Shown here piece after piece: positions 1-9,790 of a stretch of DNA of 64,000 nt. The stretch is taken from NCBI GenBank assembly GCA_963734105.1, contig CAVTFW010000005.1:149759-213758 (forward strand), given 5' to 3'. Origin of the DNA: Candidatus Acidiferrales bacterium. GTDB taxonomy: Bacteria > Acidobacteriota > Terriglobia > Acidiferrales > UBA7541. The stretch's first letter is position 1, and each line of letters opens with the position of its first letter. The position numbers and the translations under genes are program-made. The notes beneath the pieces were generated by a model that did no database searches, was not told the DNA's origin, and worked only from the letters and a program-made list of their open reading frames with translations.

Positions 1-84
1 CTGGCTGCGCACAGCTGCAGCGCAGGCCGCAACAACCAACAAGTGACAGAAGAAACGCGTTACGCCAGCAAACCGGATCTTCAC
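1..84 (-). CDS. 5' end of a secreted protein running off the window edge (partial)
   Basis: GTG at 82-84 overlaps the stop of the upstream gene; reads MKIRFAGVTRFFCHLLVVAACAAAVRSQ, resembling a signal peptide. Confidence 0.45.
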   Translation of the reverse strand, partial: MKIRFAGVTRFFCHLLVVAACAAAVRSQ

Positions 85-980
85 GGCAGGGGCTCCATCT
101 GCTCCAGCGGGAGCCACCCGCGTTGGCCCTCAGGGGTCTCGACGCCCAGCCAGTGCGGAGTAACGATGAGTACAACGACCTCTGTGTATGCCGCCAACGT
201 TTTCAAGCTGGCCGCCGCTTGAAACGGCGCGGCTTTCAGATCCGCGCCGGGCGCTTTCACCCGCCGCTCCAGCTCGTGACGAAGGGAAACGATCTCCTGT
301 TCCATCTCTTTTTCGTTCGTTTGCGCGGTGCTCAAGCGAGCAGTTTCATCCTCGCGTTGTCGGACATAGCTCTTCCGCACTAATTCGGCACTGAGTTCCC
401 TGCGCCGGGCGTCGGCCGCATCCATGGCCGCCTGTTGCAAAGAGTCCAGTGCCTCCTTGATTTCCTTCATCTCGTTTTTTTCCACGTTGCCGTCGGAAGC
501 ATGAACGGTCTTGTGTGCCGACTCGATGTAAACGGCGTCCACCTTCACGCGGGTGCGGTCTTGCGAGATCGGGATGATGACATAGCGCACGCCGATGGTG
601 CCTTGATCCGCGCTCTCCAGGAAATGTCTGGGCGCAATGGCTTGGTTGCGGATTTTGTAATAGACCTCGCCAATCTCTTTCCAGGAATCGAACAGAACCG
701 TTGAGTTAACGGCCTCGGCACCCGTCAGAGTGGGTTCGCGGTCGAAAATCAGAGTGCCGTGAATGATGTGGTCCTTCTGGACGGAGACCACGGCTTGTCG
801 CACGTCCTCGATGGGAGCGGAGAATTCGCGCATCAGTCCCGGTGAGGGCAGTTCCTTTGGAGGTTTAGGCGGAAGGGAAAGGGCGGTCGAGAGAAACGCA
901 GCAAAGACAAGCAAAATCAGCAAGTTGACATTCCGGCGGGCAACCTGTTTTTCCACTCGAATTGTTTTCCGTGCATTCAT
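81..980 (-). CDS. Hypothetical exported protein with coiled coil and C-terminal SH3b-like domain
   Basis: 299-aa ORF; hydrophobic N-terminal segment; C-terminal WLGVETPEGQRGWLP resembles bacterial SH3. Confidence 0.65.
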   Translation of the reverse strand: MNARKTIRVEKQVARRNVNLLILLVFAAFLSTALSLPPKPPKELPSPGLMREFSAPIEDVRQAVVSVQKDHIIHGTLIFDREPTLTGAEAVNSTVLFDSWKEIGEVYYKIRNQAIAPRHFLESADQGTIGVRYVIIPISQDRTRVKVDAVYIESAHKTVHASDGNVEKNEMKEIKEALDSLQQAAMDAADARRRELSAELVRKSYVRQREDETARLSTAQTNEKEMEQEIVSLRHELERRVKAPGADLKAAPFQAAASLKTLAAYTEVVVLIVTPHWLGVETPEGQRGWLPLEQMEPLP

Positions 981-1386
981 GTTCCCAACCGCGTGAACTT
1001 CTTTGTTAACGCGAAGTGAAGCCTCCTGTCAAATCTTCGCCGAATCAGCCGTAAGAACGGAGACTCCGGCCATTGGTACCAGAACCATTCCCATGGATAA
1101 TTTTTTGGATGCATGTAAGAAAACCCTTGCATTCAAGTTCGCAGTCGGAGTAGCATTCGCCCGGTTCAGGGGCCGGGAATTTCGCTGCGCTCTCATGACG
1201 GGGAGACTCGGCGGGATTTTTGGCGAGCATGGGGAAGTAGTTCGTGCGGCGATTTTCTCGCGCTTGGGGTAAGCGCGGGGGAACTTCTCTTGCTGGGTGT
1301 TTTCGTAACACACTCCCTTCCCATTTAATTCGATGAAGCCTTAGTTGTCTGCTCAACGTTGTCCTCACACGTTTGGAGGAGGCAGT

Positions 1387-2841
1387 ATGGAATGGACGTG
1401 CACGAGAGAAGCTCGAAGCGGTTCTTCTCGCCTTGGAACTGCTCTGCTCTTTTCCGTAGTATTGCTTGCGATTCTTTTGACCGATTGTCGTCCGGCAAGC
1501 GCGCTTCCGGCATTCGCCCGAAAGTACGGGATGCCATGCTCGTCCTGTCATGAAGCGTGGCCGATGCTCAGTCCCTTCGGCCAGCAATTCAAGGACAACG
1601 GTTACCAGATGGGGAACGACCGGGACGCTCCCATCTTCCAGCAAGCGGCCTATTGGCCGGTTACGTTTCGCATCACTCCCATCTGGCACCGCGAGAGCAC
1701 CAACAAGGGCCAAGTCGATGGAGCAGACGGACCGGGTGCTGACGAAGCGAAGATTACAACCCATGGATTTGATTGGAGCGGTTTGGACTTCCACACTGGG
1801 GGCACTCTCGCAAAGAACTTTTCCTTTTACGCTCTGCCCTCCTCGGACAATACCGGAGCATTCCACTTTGAGTCCGTTTGGGCGCGCATGGACAACATTG
1901 CGGGCAGTCCCTGGTTGAACATTAAGTTGGGCAAGTTTGAGCTCGACAACCTCTTGTCCGAAAAGCGCATTTTGACGCTCACCAATGTTGCGGGCGTGTA
2001 TGAGAACTATCACTTCCAGCCTTTCTCGCAACCCGGCGTGCCGGAAAATTACACCTTTGGTATCGGCGACAACCAAGTCGGGTTGGAGTGGATGGGCCAC
2101 TCCAAGGATGATCGGACGCGAATCTCCGCGTCGTTGCTCAGCTCGAATGACGGCTCTCCCGGTTTACCGACCAGCCGAGGGTATGACGCCTTTTTTGCTG
2201 CCAGCCGCGCGTTTGAAGTCGGCAGCCTGGGCTTGCAACGCGTCGGGGGTTTCGCCTACCTAGGTGAGGCGCCAACGTACTTTCAATACAATCTAAGCAG
2301 CACCTCTACAACGCAGGTCGGAGTTGACGGTAACACCGGAGCCCCTGTGTATGCCGCATCGTCGGGTGGAGTTCCCGGTACCGGCATCGGGAACAAGGGC
2401 TTCCAGCGCTACGGGCTGATCGGCATGTGGTATATCAAGAAATTTGATATCACCACGATCTTCTTCCACAGCAGCGATAGTGCCTGGCTCGGCACCAACA
2501 CCGCGGCAACACCCGGCGCCCTTCTTCCTACGGGTGCGCATTCGCCAACATGGAACGGCGGGCTATTTGAGAGCCATTACATGTTCAACCCGCAAATCCT
2601 GATCCTCAATCGCTATGAATTGGTACGAATGTCGCAGCAGGCGTTTTCCAGCAATCCTGGCAATCTCGGGAATGCCGATGTGTTGACCTTTGGCCTCCGC
2701 TACTACCCATTCATTTCGAGCCGCGCCGGCTTCGCATACCACGGTGAGTACGCGATTATCTGGCAGAGAGGCGCTTCACCTGTCACTTTTACAAACCTGA
2801 CCACTAGCAGCCTGTTGTTCGGGTTCGACTTCGACTTCTAA
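1387..2841 (+). CDS. cyc2: Cyc2-like fused monoheme cytochrome c / outer-membrane beta-barrel
   Basis: GGAGG RBS; signal peptide then ALPAFARKYGMPCSSCHEAWPMLSPFGQQFKDNGY, matching the Cyc2 N-terminal pattern AxPxFAR(K/Q)..CxxCH..PxL..FG..FK..GY; beta-strand-rich remainder ending FGFDFDF. Confidence 0.8.
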   Translation: MEWTCTREARSGSSRLGTALLFSVVLLAILLTDCRPASALPAFARKYGMPCSSCHEAWPMLSPFGQQFKDNGYQMGNDRDAPIFQQAAYWPVTFRITPIWHRESTNKGQVDGADGPGADEAKITTHGFDWSGLDFHTGGTLAKNFSFYALPSSDNTGAFHFESVWARMDNIAGSPWLNIKLGKFELDNLLSEKRILTLTNVAGVYENYHFQPFSQPGVPENYTFGIGDNQVGLEWMGHSKDDRTRISASLLSSNDGSPGLPTSRGYDAFFAASRAFEVGSLGLQRVGGFAYLGEAPTYFQYNLSSTSTTQVGVDGNTGAPVYAASSGGVPGTGIGNKGFQRYGLIGMWYIKKFDITTIFFHSSDSAWLGTNTAATPGALLPTGAHSPTWNGGLFESHYMFNPQILILNRYELVRMSQQAFSSNPGNLGNADVLTFGLRYYPFISSRAGFAYHGEYAIIWQRGASPVTFTNLTTSSLLFGFDFDF

Positions 2842-2847
2842 GGGAGA

Positions 2848-3744
2848 ATGAAGATGCTGAACATCAAAAAGCTTTATTTGAATGTTGCAGTAACGCTCAT
2901 CCTTCCCGCGCCGACCTTCGCTCAACAGGCGGATCAACCCCCTGCAAAACCCTCCGCGCACATGGAAGCACATATCGGCAAACTAACGGGGCATTCCGAG
3001 GCGGGATCGGACCTGTTTTATCGCTACTGCTGGGGTTGCCACGGTGCCCGCGGCAATGGCGATGGCGAGAACGCTCCCTATGTGACGCCCACGCCTCGTA
3101 ATTTCGTCGCCGCGGCGTTCAAGTGCCGCTCCACGCCGACGGGAACGCTGCCGTTAGATTCCGACCTCTTTGACACGATCGGTCGCGGCTTCAACTTCAC
3201 GAACATGCCTTCGTGGTCAGCGCTGACCGCCCAGAACCGCGCAGACTTGGTCGCCTTCATCAAGACGTTCTCGGCCCGTTGGGTCACCGAAAAGCCGGGC
3301 GACCCCATTGTGATTCCCGCCGAGCCGAAGTTGACCGTGGAAAGCATCAAACACGGCGGCGAATTGTTCCAGAAGCTGGAGTGCTGGAAATGCCACGGCC
3401 AGGAAGGCCGCGGCGATGGACCATCCGCATCCACGCTCACCGACAGCAACGATCAGCCCATCCGGCCCTATAACTTCACTTCCACGAACCGGTCCAAGTG
3501 CGGCAGAACGAACTCCGAGTTGTATCGCATATTCATGACCGGCCTTGACGGCACACCCATGCCCTCCTTCGCGGACGTAGTTAAGCCCGAAGAGGCCTGG
3601 GACCTGGTGCACTACCTCAGGACGCTTCAAGTGAACAATGCCAGCCCGGAACTCACGCTGTGGGTGAGCACCAAAGAGGGCGCGGAAATTGTCAATGCCA
3701 AGAAAGTGCGGAATACCTATACGGGCTCCGGAATTAAGCCTTAG
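2848..3744 (+). CDS. Periplasmic diheme c-type cytochrome
   Basis: Signal peptide; two class-I domains with CWGCH..MPSW and CWKCH..MPSF. Confidence 0.9.
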   Translation: MKMLNIKKLYLNVAVTLILPAPTFAQQADQPPAKPSAHMEAHIGKLTGHSEAGSDLFYRYCWGCHGARGNGDGENAPYVTPTPRNFVAAAFKCRSTPTGTLPLDSDLFDTIGRGFNFTNMPSWSALTAQNRADLVAFIKTFSARWVTEKPGDPIVIPAEPKLTVESIKHGGELFQKLECWKCHGQEGRGDGPSASTLTDSNDQPIRPYNFTSTNRSKCGRTNSELYRIFMTGLDGTPMPSFADVVKPEEAWDLVHYLRTLQVNNASPELTLWVSTKEGAEIVNAKKVRNTYTGSGIKP

Positions 3745-3779
3745 TTAAGTAGCTCCAGAATTTTAGGAGGAGAAACGAA

Positions 3780-4496
3780 ATGCAAATAAGGCAGTTAGTT
3801 ATCGCAGGGCTGGCCCTGCTGGCTGCTTCGACCGTGGCGCTTGCGGGACCGAAGCCGGCGGGCGGGACGGTCAGCGGCAAGGTGACCTACGAAGGGACGC
3901 CGGCCAAGATGAAACCGATCGATATGTCCAAGGAACCGTCGTGCGCGAAAATGTACGCGACACCACAATTGGGAGAAACCGTGGTGACCGGTTCCGGCAA
4001 CAGCCTGGAAAACGTGGTCGTTTATGTTTCCGCGGGGGCGCCGGATGACCCCGCGCCTTCCACTGCGGCGGTGTTTACCCAAAAGGGCTGCCGTTATATT
4101 CCGCACCTGCTGGCGTTTCAGGTGAACCAGGAACTGAGGATCGTGAACGAAGATCAGACCTCGCACAACATTCACCCGCTGCCGAAGCTGAACCGCGAGT
4201 GGAACAAGTCGCAGCCGCCGGGAACGCCGCCGATCAGCGAAAAGTACGACAAGGCGGAGATTTTCCCCGTGAAGTGCAACGTTCATCCCTGGATGCACGG
4301 AACCTTCGCGGTGCTGAAGAATTCGCATTATGCGGTGACCGGCGATGGCGGTGGTTTCACGCTGGCGAATCTGCCTCCGGGCAAATACACCATCACGGCC
4401 TACCATGAGTCCTACGGCGACCAGTCGCAGGAAGTCACCATCTCCGGCTCGGAAACCAAGACCGTCAACTTTGTGTTCAAGGCCAAGCCCTACTAA
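3780..4496 (+). CDS. Exported cupredoxin-type copper protein with carboxypeptidase-regulatory-like domain
   Basis: AGGAGG RBS, signal peptide; HNIH ... KCNVHPWM supplies His/Cys/His/Met type-1 Cu ligands; C-terminal GGFTLANLPPGKYTITAYH. Confidence 0.75.
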   Translation: MQIRQLVIAGLALLAASTVALAGPKPAGGTVSGKVTYEGTPAKMKPIDMSKEPSCAKMYATPQLGETVVTGSGNSLENVVVYVSAGAPDDPAPSTAAVFTQKGCRYIPHLLAFQVNQELRIVNEDQTSHNIHPLPKLNREWNKSQPPGTPPISEKYDKAEIFPVKCNVHPWMHGTFAVLKNSHYAVTGDGGGFTLANLPPGKYTITAYHESYGDQSQEVTISGSETKTVNFVFKAKPY

Positions 4497-4596
4497 TTAG
4501 GGCTTGACTGTTCCGTCTACGGTTCAGTGTCGGTGGGAACCAGCATCTCAAACAATGCAAGGTGTCGCCCGGATAGCAGGGCGGAGGCGAGGTTCA

Positions 4597-5403
4597 ATGG
4601 GGAAACTGCTTAGCGATCGTGCTGGTGATTATTGCTATGGCGTCCGCTTATCCGATCGTGACGCACATGTTCCCGCTGCCGGAAGACATCTCCACGCACG
4701 GGCACGCGATTGACGAACAATTGAATGACACCATGTCGGAGGCGGGATCTCTTTCGTGGCGGCCCAGTTGGTTCTCGCCTTTTTTGTGTGGTCGTTTACC
4801 GGCCGCAAAGCAGGCAGCCCACTGAAGAACTTCCCTGGCGGCGCCAAGTTGATGGTTGTCGGCGCGTTCGTGCTGGTGGGGACGGAAATTCTGGCGCTGG
4901 GAGTCCTGGGGCAGAAGGCCTGGGCGAACGTGTACTTCACGTCGTCCAAGCCCGACGCGCATCCAGATCCAGGCGCAGGCGGAACAGTTTGCGTTTTACT
5001 TCCGCTATCCCGGCGCAGACGGAAAATTCGGCGACCATTCATCCGGACAAGATCGACGAAGGCAATCAGAACTATTTCGGGCTGGATCCCGCGAATGACG
5101 TGGAAGCGCGCGACGACATCGTGTCCGGCGAACTGGTCATTCCGGTGAACCGCGAAGTTCAGCTTCTGATGCACGCCAAGGACGTGGGACATTCGTTCTA
5201 CGTGCGGGAACTGCGCATTCAACAGGATTTCGTTCCCGGACTGGACCTTTCGGTGCATTTTACGGCCACGAAAATCGGCAAATATGAAATCGTCTGCACG
5301 CAGTTGTGCGGATTGGGCCACTACAACATGAAGGCGTATTTGAACGTGATGTCTCGAGGCGGATTACGAAAAGTGGCTGAAGGACCAGGAAGCGGCGCAG
5401 TAG
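4597..5403 (+). CDS. coxB: Cytochrome c oxidase subunit II (frameshifted in this assembly)
   Basis: Fragments in three frames; two TM helices; DVGHSF...EIVCTQLCGLGHYNM CuA motif. Confidence 0.9.
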
Positions 5404-5480
5404 CACGTAACATTTGCCCGTGTTGCCGCGAGGTGGTCTGATTCGCGGGAAGTGCGGCGGTTCTCGAGCGAGGTGATCCG

Positions 5481-7267
5481 ATGGCATGAAGGTTCTGTTC
5501 AACAGGCGCACGTGCACGCGCCGCCGGAAGGATTTATCCGGAAGCATGTGTTCAGCCTGGACCACAAGGTAATCGGGAAGCAGTATTACGGCCTGGCGCT
5601 GCTGGCCGTCTTCACGGGGATGATTCTTTCCTGGCTGATGCGCATCCACATGGTGTGGCCGACGGCGAAGATTCCCTTGCTGGAACACCTCTCCAGCGCG
5701 GGCGCGCCGGGCGGAGTGATCACTCCGGAATACTATCTTTCGCTGATGACCATGCACGGCACGCTGATGGTCTTCTTCGTGCTGACCAATGCGCCGTTCG
5801 CGGCGTTCGGCAATTACTTCCTGCCGATCCAGATTGGCGCGGAGGACATGGCGTTCCCGCGTTTCAACATGATGTCCTTCTGGGTGCACGTTTGTCGCCT
5901 GGGTGGTGCTGATGCTGGCGTTCTTCATTCCGGACGGGCCGCCGATTTCCGGATGGACCAGCTATGCGCCCGTTGAGCGCCGTGGGCAAGGACGCCGGTC
6001 CCGGCATGCAATGCGGAATGAGCTTGTGGGGAATGTCCATCGCCATATTCTGCATCGCGTCGCTGCTCGGAGCGCTGAATTTTATCGCCACCACGCTGGA
6101 CCTGCGCGCCAAGGGCATGACGCTGATGCGCATGCCGCTGTGCACCTGGGCGTGGTTCATCACTTCGTGCATCGCGTTGCTGGCGTTCGCCGTGCTGCTT
6201 CCCGCTTGCATTCTGCTGATTCTTGACCGCCACGCGGGAACGAGCTTCTTCGTTCCCGGCGGGCTGGTGATCAGCGACCGGCTGCAGCCGCACTCGGGCG
6301 GTTCGCCGCTGCTGTGGCAGCACCTGTTCTGGTTCTTCGGCCACCCGGAGGTGTACATCGCGATTCTGCCGTCGATGGGCATCGTTTCGCACATCCTGAT
6401 CAACAGCATGCGCAAGCCGCTGTTGAGCGCGAAGGTGGTCATCTACTCGATGATGTCGATCGGGTTCCTCAGCTACATGGTCTGGGGACACCACATGTTC
6501 CTGAGCGGTATGAATCCGATGTCGGCACTGGCGTTTTCGTTTCCCGACGCTGACGATTACGATTCCCGCGACCGTGTTGACGCTGATCTGGCTGGGCAGT
6601 CTGTATGGTGCCAATATTCAGATCAATGCGGCATCGCTTTTCGCGCTGGGATTCATTTCCATGTTTGTCGCGGGCGGCGTGAGCGGCTTCTTCCTGGCGC
6701 AGCCTTCGATTGACATCTACCTGCACGCCACATACTTCGTGGTCGGGCACTTCCACATGGTGATGGGAGTGGCATCCTTGTTCGGCGTGTTTGCAGGGAC
6801 GTACTTCTGGTTCCCGAAAATGACCGGGCGCATGATGAGCGAGCCGCTGGGCAAGCTGCATTTCTGGATTACGTTCATCGGCACCTACTGCATCTTCATG
6901 CCGTTCCACTATCTGGGCCTGATCGGCAACGTGCGCCGCTACCAGTCCTTCGTGGACGACTTCATGGCGCCGTACGTCGGCGTGCATAAATTCATCACGA
7001 TTTGCGCTCTCATCACCGGCGGCGGCGCAGTTCATCTTCCTGTTCAATTTGATTTACAGCCGCTTCAAAGGCAAACCGGCCCCGGAAAATCCGTGGAACG
7101 CCACCTCGCTGGAATGGACGATCCCTTCGCCGCCGCCCTGGAACAATTTCGGCGACAGGCACCCGGTCGTGTATCACGATCCCTATCAGTATGGGGTGAA
7201 GGGATCGAAGGGTGACTTCGTCATGCAGGATTCTCCCGAGCAGGTCGTGCCAGCGAGTGGTGATTAG
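5481..7267 (+). CDS. coxA: Heme-copper oxidase subunit I, A1 type (frameshifted in this assembly)
   Basis: [47 protein letters not shown] and NPW..SLEW motifs across ORFs 5452, 5903, 5964, 6574 and 7049. Confidence 0.93.
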
Positions 7268-7281
7268 CGAAGGGAGACGCG

Positions 7282-7306
7282 GCGCGAGGTCCGCCATGCC
7301 TCGCGC
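7282..7306 (+). other. Intercistronic stem-loop between coxA and coxC
   Basis: GCGCGAGG-N9-CCTCGCGC 8-bp inverted repeat, no U-tract. Confidence 0.35.
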
Positions 7307-7337
7307 GGCGCGAGTCCTGACGAGGGAATAGGAGATT

Positions 7338-7988
7338 ATGTCTTCCACGATTGTTTCCACGATGAATTCGCAGGCTGCGTTGCGCGCAACAGAAGCGCGC
7401 GGGCGCTCCAGGCGTGCTTCTCGCCCAGCGGACAGCAGCCGTACTCGAGCAGCGGCATCTGGGTGGGCGTCTTTGCCATCACCATGAGCTTCGCGGCGTT
7501 CAGCAGCGCGTTGTTCGTGCGCGAGGGCACGACCGGACTGGAGCTCACCTCGCGCTTGCCGCCGATTCTGTACGTCAACACGTTGGTGCTGCTGGCCAGC
7601 AGCGTGAACGCTCGAGCTGTCGCGGCGTGCGCTGGCTTCGGCCGCGGCAGATCGAAGGGAGCGCGTAAAGCCAGCGCCTGGGTGCTGATCACCCTGATGC
7701 TTGGACTGGCATTCTGCGCCGGGACAATATCAGGCCTGGCAGGAACTTGCGCGCCGAAGGCATCTACCTGGCGACAAATCCGAACAGTTCGTTCTTCTAC
7801 CTGCTGACCTTCCTGCATGCCCTGCACTGTCAGTGCGGGCATCCTGGTGCTGGTCTATCTCGCCGGGCGATTGATGGCCAGCCACACCACGTTTCGGCGT
7901 AGCCTGTTCGCTAACACGGCGATTTACTGGCATTTCATGGGTGTGCTCTGGGTCTATTTGCTTTTGCTTGTGCCGTATGAAGCTGTAA
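7338..7988 (+). CDS. coxC: Cytochrome c oxidase subunit III family protein, first copy (frameshifted)
   Basis: GIWVGVFAITMSFAAFSSA, NTLVLLASS, IYWHFMGVLWVYL. Confidence 0.85.
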
Positions 7989-8009
7989 GCGGAAGAAGGG
8001 GGAGAAACA

Positions 8010-8622
8010 GTGAGCGAATCCGAAGTGGCAGTGCACGGGCACGGCGCCTTTATGGAAGAATCGCCGTACGCAATCCCTTCGCGCAAGTTCACGATGTGGT
8101 TGTTCATCATCTCGGACGCGGTGACATTCGGCGCGTTCCTGATGGCCTACGGCTATATTCGCGTGGCCACGCCGAATTGGGTGCGGCCGTTCGAGTCCGG
8201 CAGTGTCATCAATGTGGTCATCATGACCATTGTGCTGATCACCAGCAGCTTGACGATGCTGGGAGCGGTGGATGCCTCGAAGGTCGGCGACAAGGCCAAG
8301 GCCATGCGCTTTCTCTATTCCACCATGGCCCTGGGCGCGATTTTCGCGCATCCTGCATATCCGGGAATGGTTCCGAACTGTTTGGGCAAGGCATCACCCT
8401 GAGTTCCGGACTGTTCGGGCAGACCTTTTTCACCATCACCGGGCTTGCACCTGCTGCACGTCATCAGCGGCGTGATCGCCCTTGCTGGTGGTTGCCACCA
8501 AGTACTCGAGCGGCAGCCTGACGCCGAGCCACGTGGAAACCACGGGCTTGTACTGGCACTTCGTCGATCTGGTGTGGATGTTTGTCGTGCCGCTGGTGTA
8601 CCTGACCAATATCGCGCACTGA
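8010..8622 (+). CDS. coxC: Cytochrome c oxidase subunit III family protein, second copy (frameshifted)
   Basis: [51 protein letters not shown]. Confidence 0.87.
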
Positions 8623-8645
8623 CGCTTGAGACAGAAGGAGAGACA

Positions 8646-8957
8646 ATGAGCGCTGCTTCCGCTTCCGGTAATGTCATTCGCAAGTATCTCCCGGTCTACT
8701 TCGTGCTGATCGCGATCTTCCTGGTGGAGGTGTTTCTGTCGTTCCGGATTGAATCCACCAGTTCGTTGGTCATCGTGCTTCTGCTGCTGGCGGTTTGCAG
8801 CGCTGCGCTGGGGTTGATGTACTTCATGCACCTTGGCAAGGAACGCCGCGGGCTGCTTTTGACGCTGATACCGGTGACCATCTTTGTGCTCCTGATGATG
8901 AACATGTGGTGGTCGGACAGCGTGCGCCTGTTGCACATGAGGCCTGCGGGGCAGTAG
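8646..8957 (+). CDS. coxD: Cytochrome c oxidase subunit IV family protein
   Basis: AAGGAG RBS; three TM segments; YFMHL motif. Confidence 0.8.
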   Translation: MSAASASGNVIRKYLPVYFVLIAIFLVEVFLSFRIESTSSLVIVLLLLAVCSAALGLMYFMHLGKERRGLLLTLIPVTIFVLLMMNMWWSDSVRLLHMRPAGQ

Positions 8958-9003
8958 TCTGTCTGCTGTGATTGTGGGAGGAAGGCCGGGAGGGAGTGAC
9001 CGA

Positions 9004-9277
9004 ATGGGGAGGCGATTAAGCGGTGTCTCTCGCTGGGCGGCGCTTGCTGTTGCGCTCGTTCTTGCCGGCCCTGACTTTTGCCCAGAACTGCGCGCTCTGC
9101 TACACGCAGGCAGCCGGCTCCGGTTCGCGCATGATTGCAGCGCTGCGCAGCGGCATTCTGATGCTGGCGATACCCCCGATGCTAATTTGCGGTGGAATCA
9201 CCTGGATGGCCTACAAGAAGCGCAATCAGTTCAACGATTACGGCAGCGCGGACACCCCGGAAAGCAAAGATCAGTAA
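9004..9277 (+). CDS. Small membrane protein with CxxC at the end of the cox operon (start frameshifted)
   Basis: Signal-like N-terminus then AQNCALCYTQA and one TM helix followed by KKR. Confidence 0.6.
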
Positions 9278-9366
9278 TCTTCTTTTCAAGTTCAAACACT
9301 AAATCGCTCGGTAATCACGAGCAAGCAAAACAGAGCGTTCCCTGGCCGCTCTTTCGCAAACCCCAG

Positions 9367-9495
9367 CTACAGCGCTCGACCGATCATAGCGGCATAGGCG
9401 ATCCAACTCATCACAATCGCTCCTAGCGACCCTCCGATCAGAAACAGCGCCAACATACCCCGGCTCAATTGCTCCTGATTGTTCGTTTCAGACAT
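9367..9495 (-). CDS. 42-aa single-TM small protein absent from the ORF track
   Basis: MSETNNQEQLSRGMLALFLIGGSLGAIVMSWIAYAAMIGRAL*, GGAG 9 nt upstream of ATG. Confidence 0.5.
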   Translation of the reverse strand: MSETNNQEQLSRGMLALFLIGGSLGAIVMSWIAYAAMIGRAL

Positions 9496-9790
9496 AGTCA
9501 GTGCTCCAGATTTGAAATTGCGTCCCAAGCGGGTCACCTTACAAACGAAGTGGATTATACACAGGGATGCAGCTAGCGCGAAGCGCTTCTTTTGGCTTTA
9601 GAAGCATTCAGTTCTCCTGCCTCCGGCTTCTCTCCTTGAACGCTATTCCACTCGTTGACTTGCCATGCAGCCACCCGTAGCATACCGCTCAATGCCTCTT
9701 CCCATGCGGAACTACAAACTGCCGCACCCGGAGCTGCTGTGCGCCCTAGCAGCCGCCAATTTTCACCAGGAACTTCTCTGCGTGCTCTGA

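Noticed and set aside
981-1386. FNR/Fur/Rex operator upstream of the cyc2-like gene
   Set aside because: Only weak palindromes (e.g. GTGTT-N5-AACAC near 1297); no convincing consensus match
4597-8622. cox genes as pseudogenes or programmed frameshifts
   Set aside because: Indels are numerous, lack slippery-site consistency and also hit housekeeping genes such as zwf; sequencing error is more parsimonious
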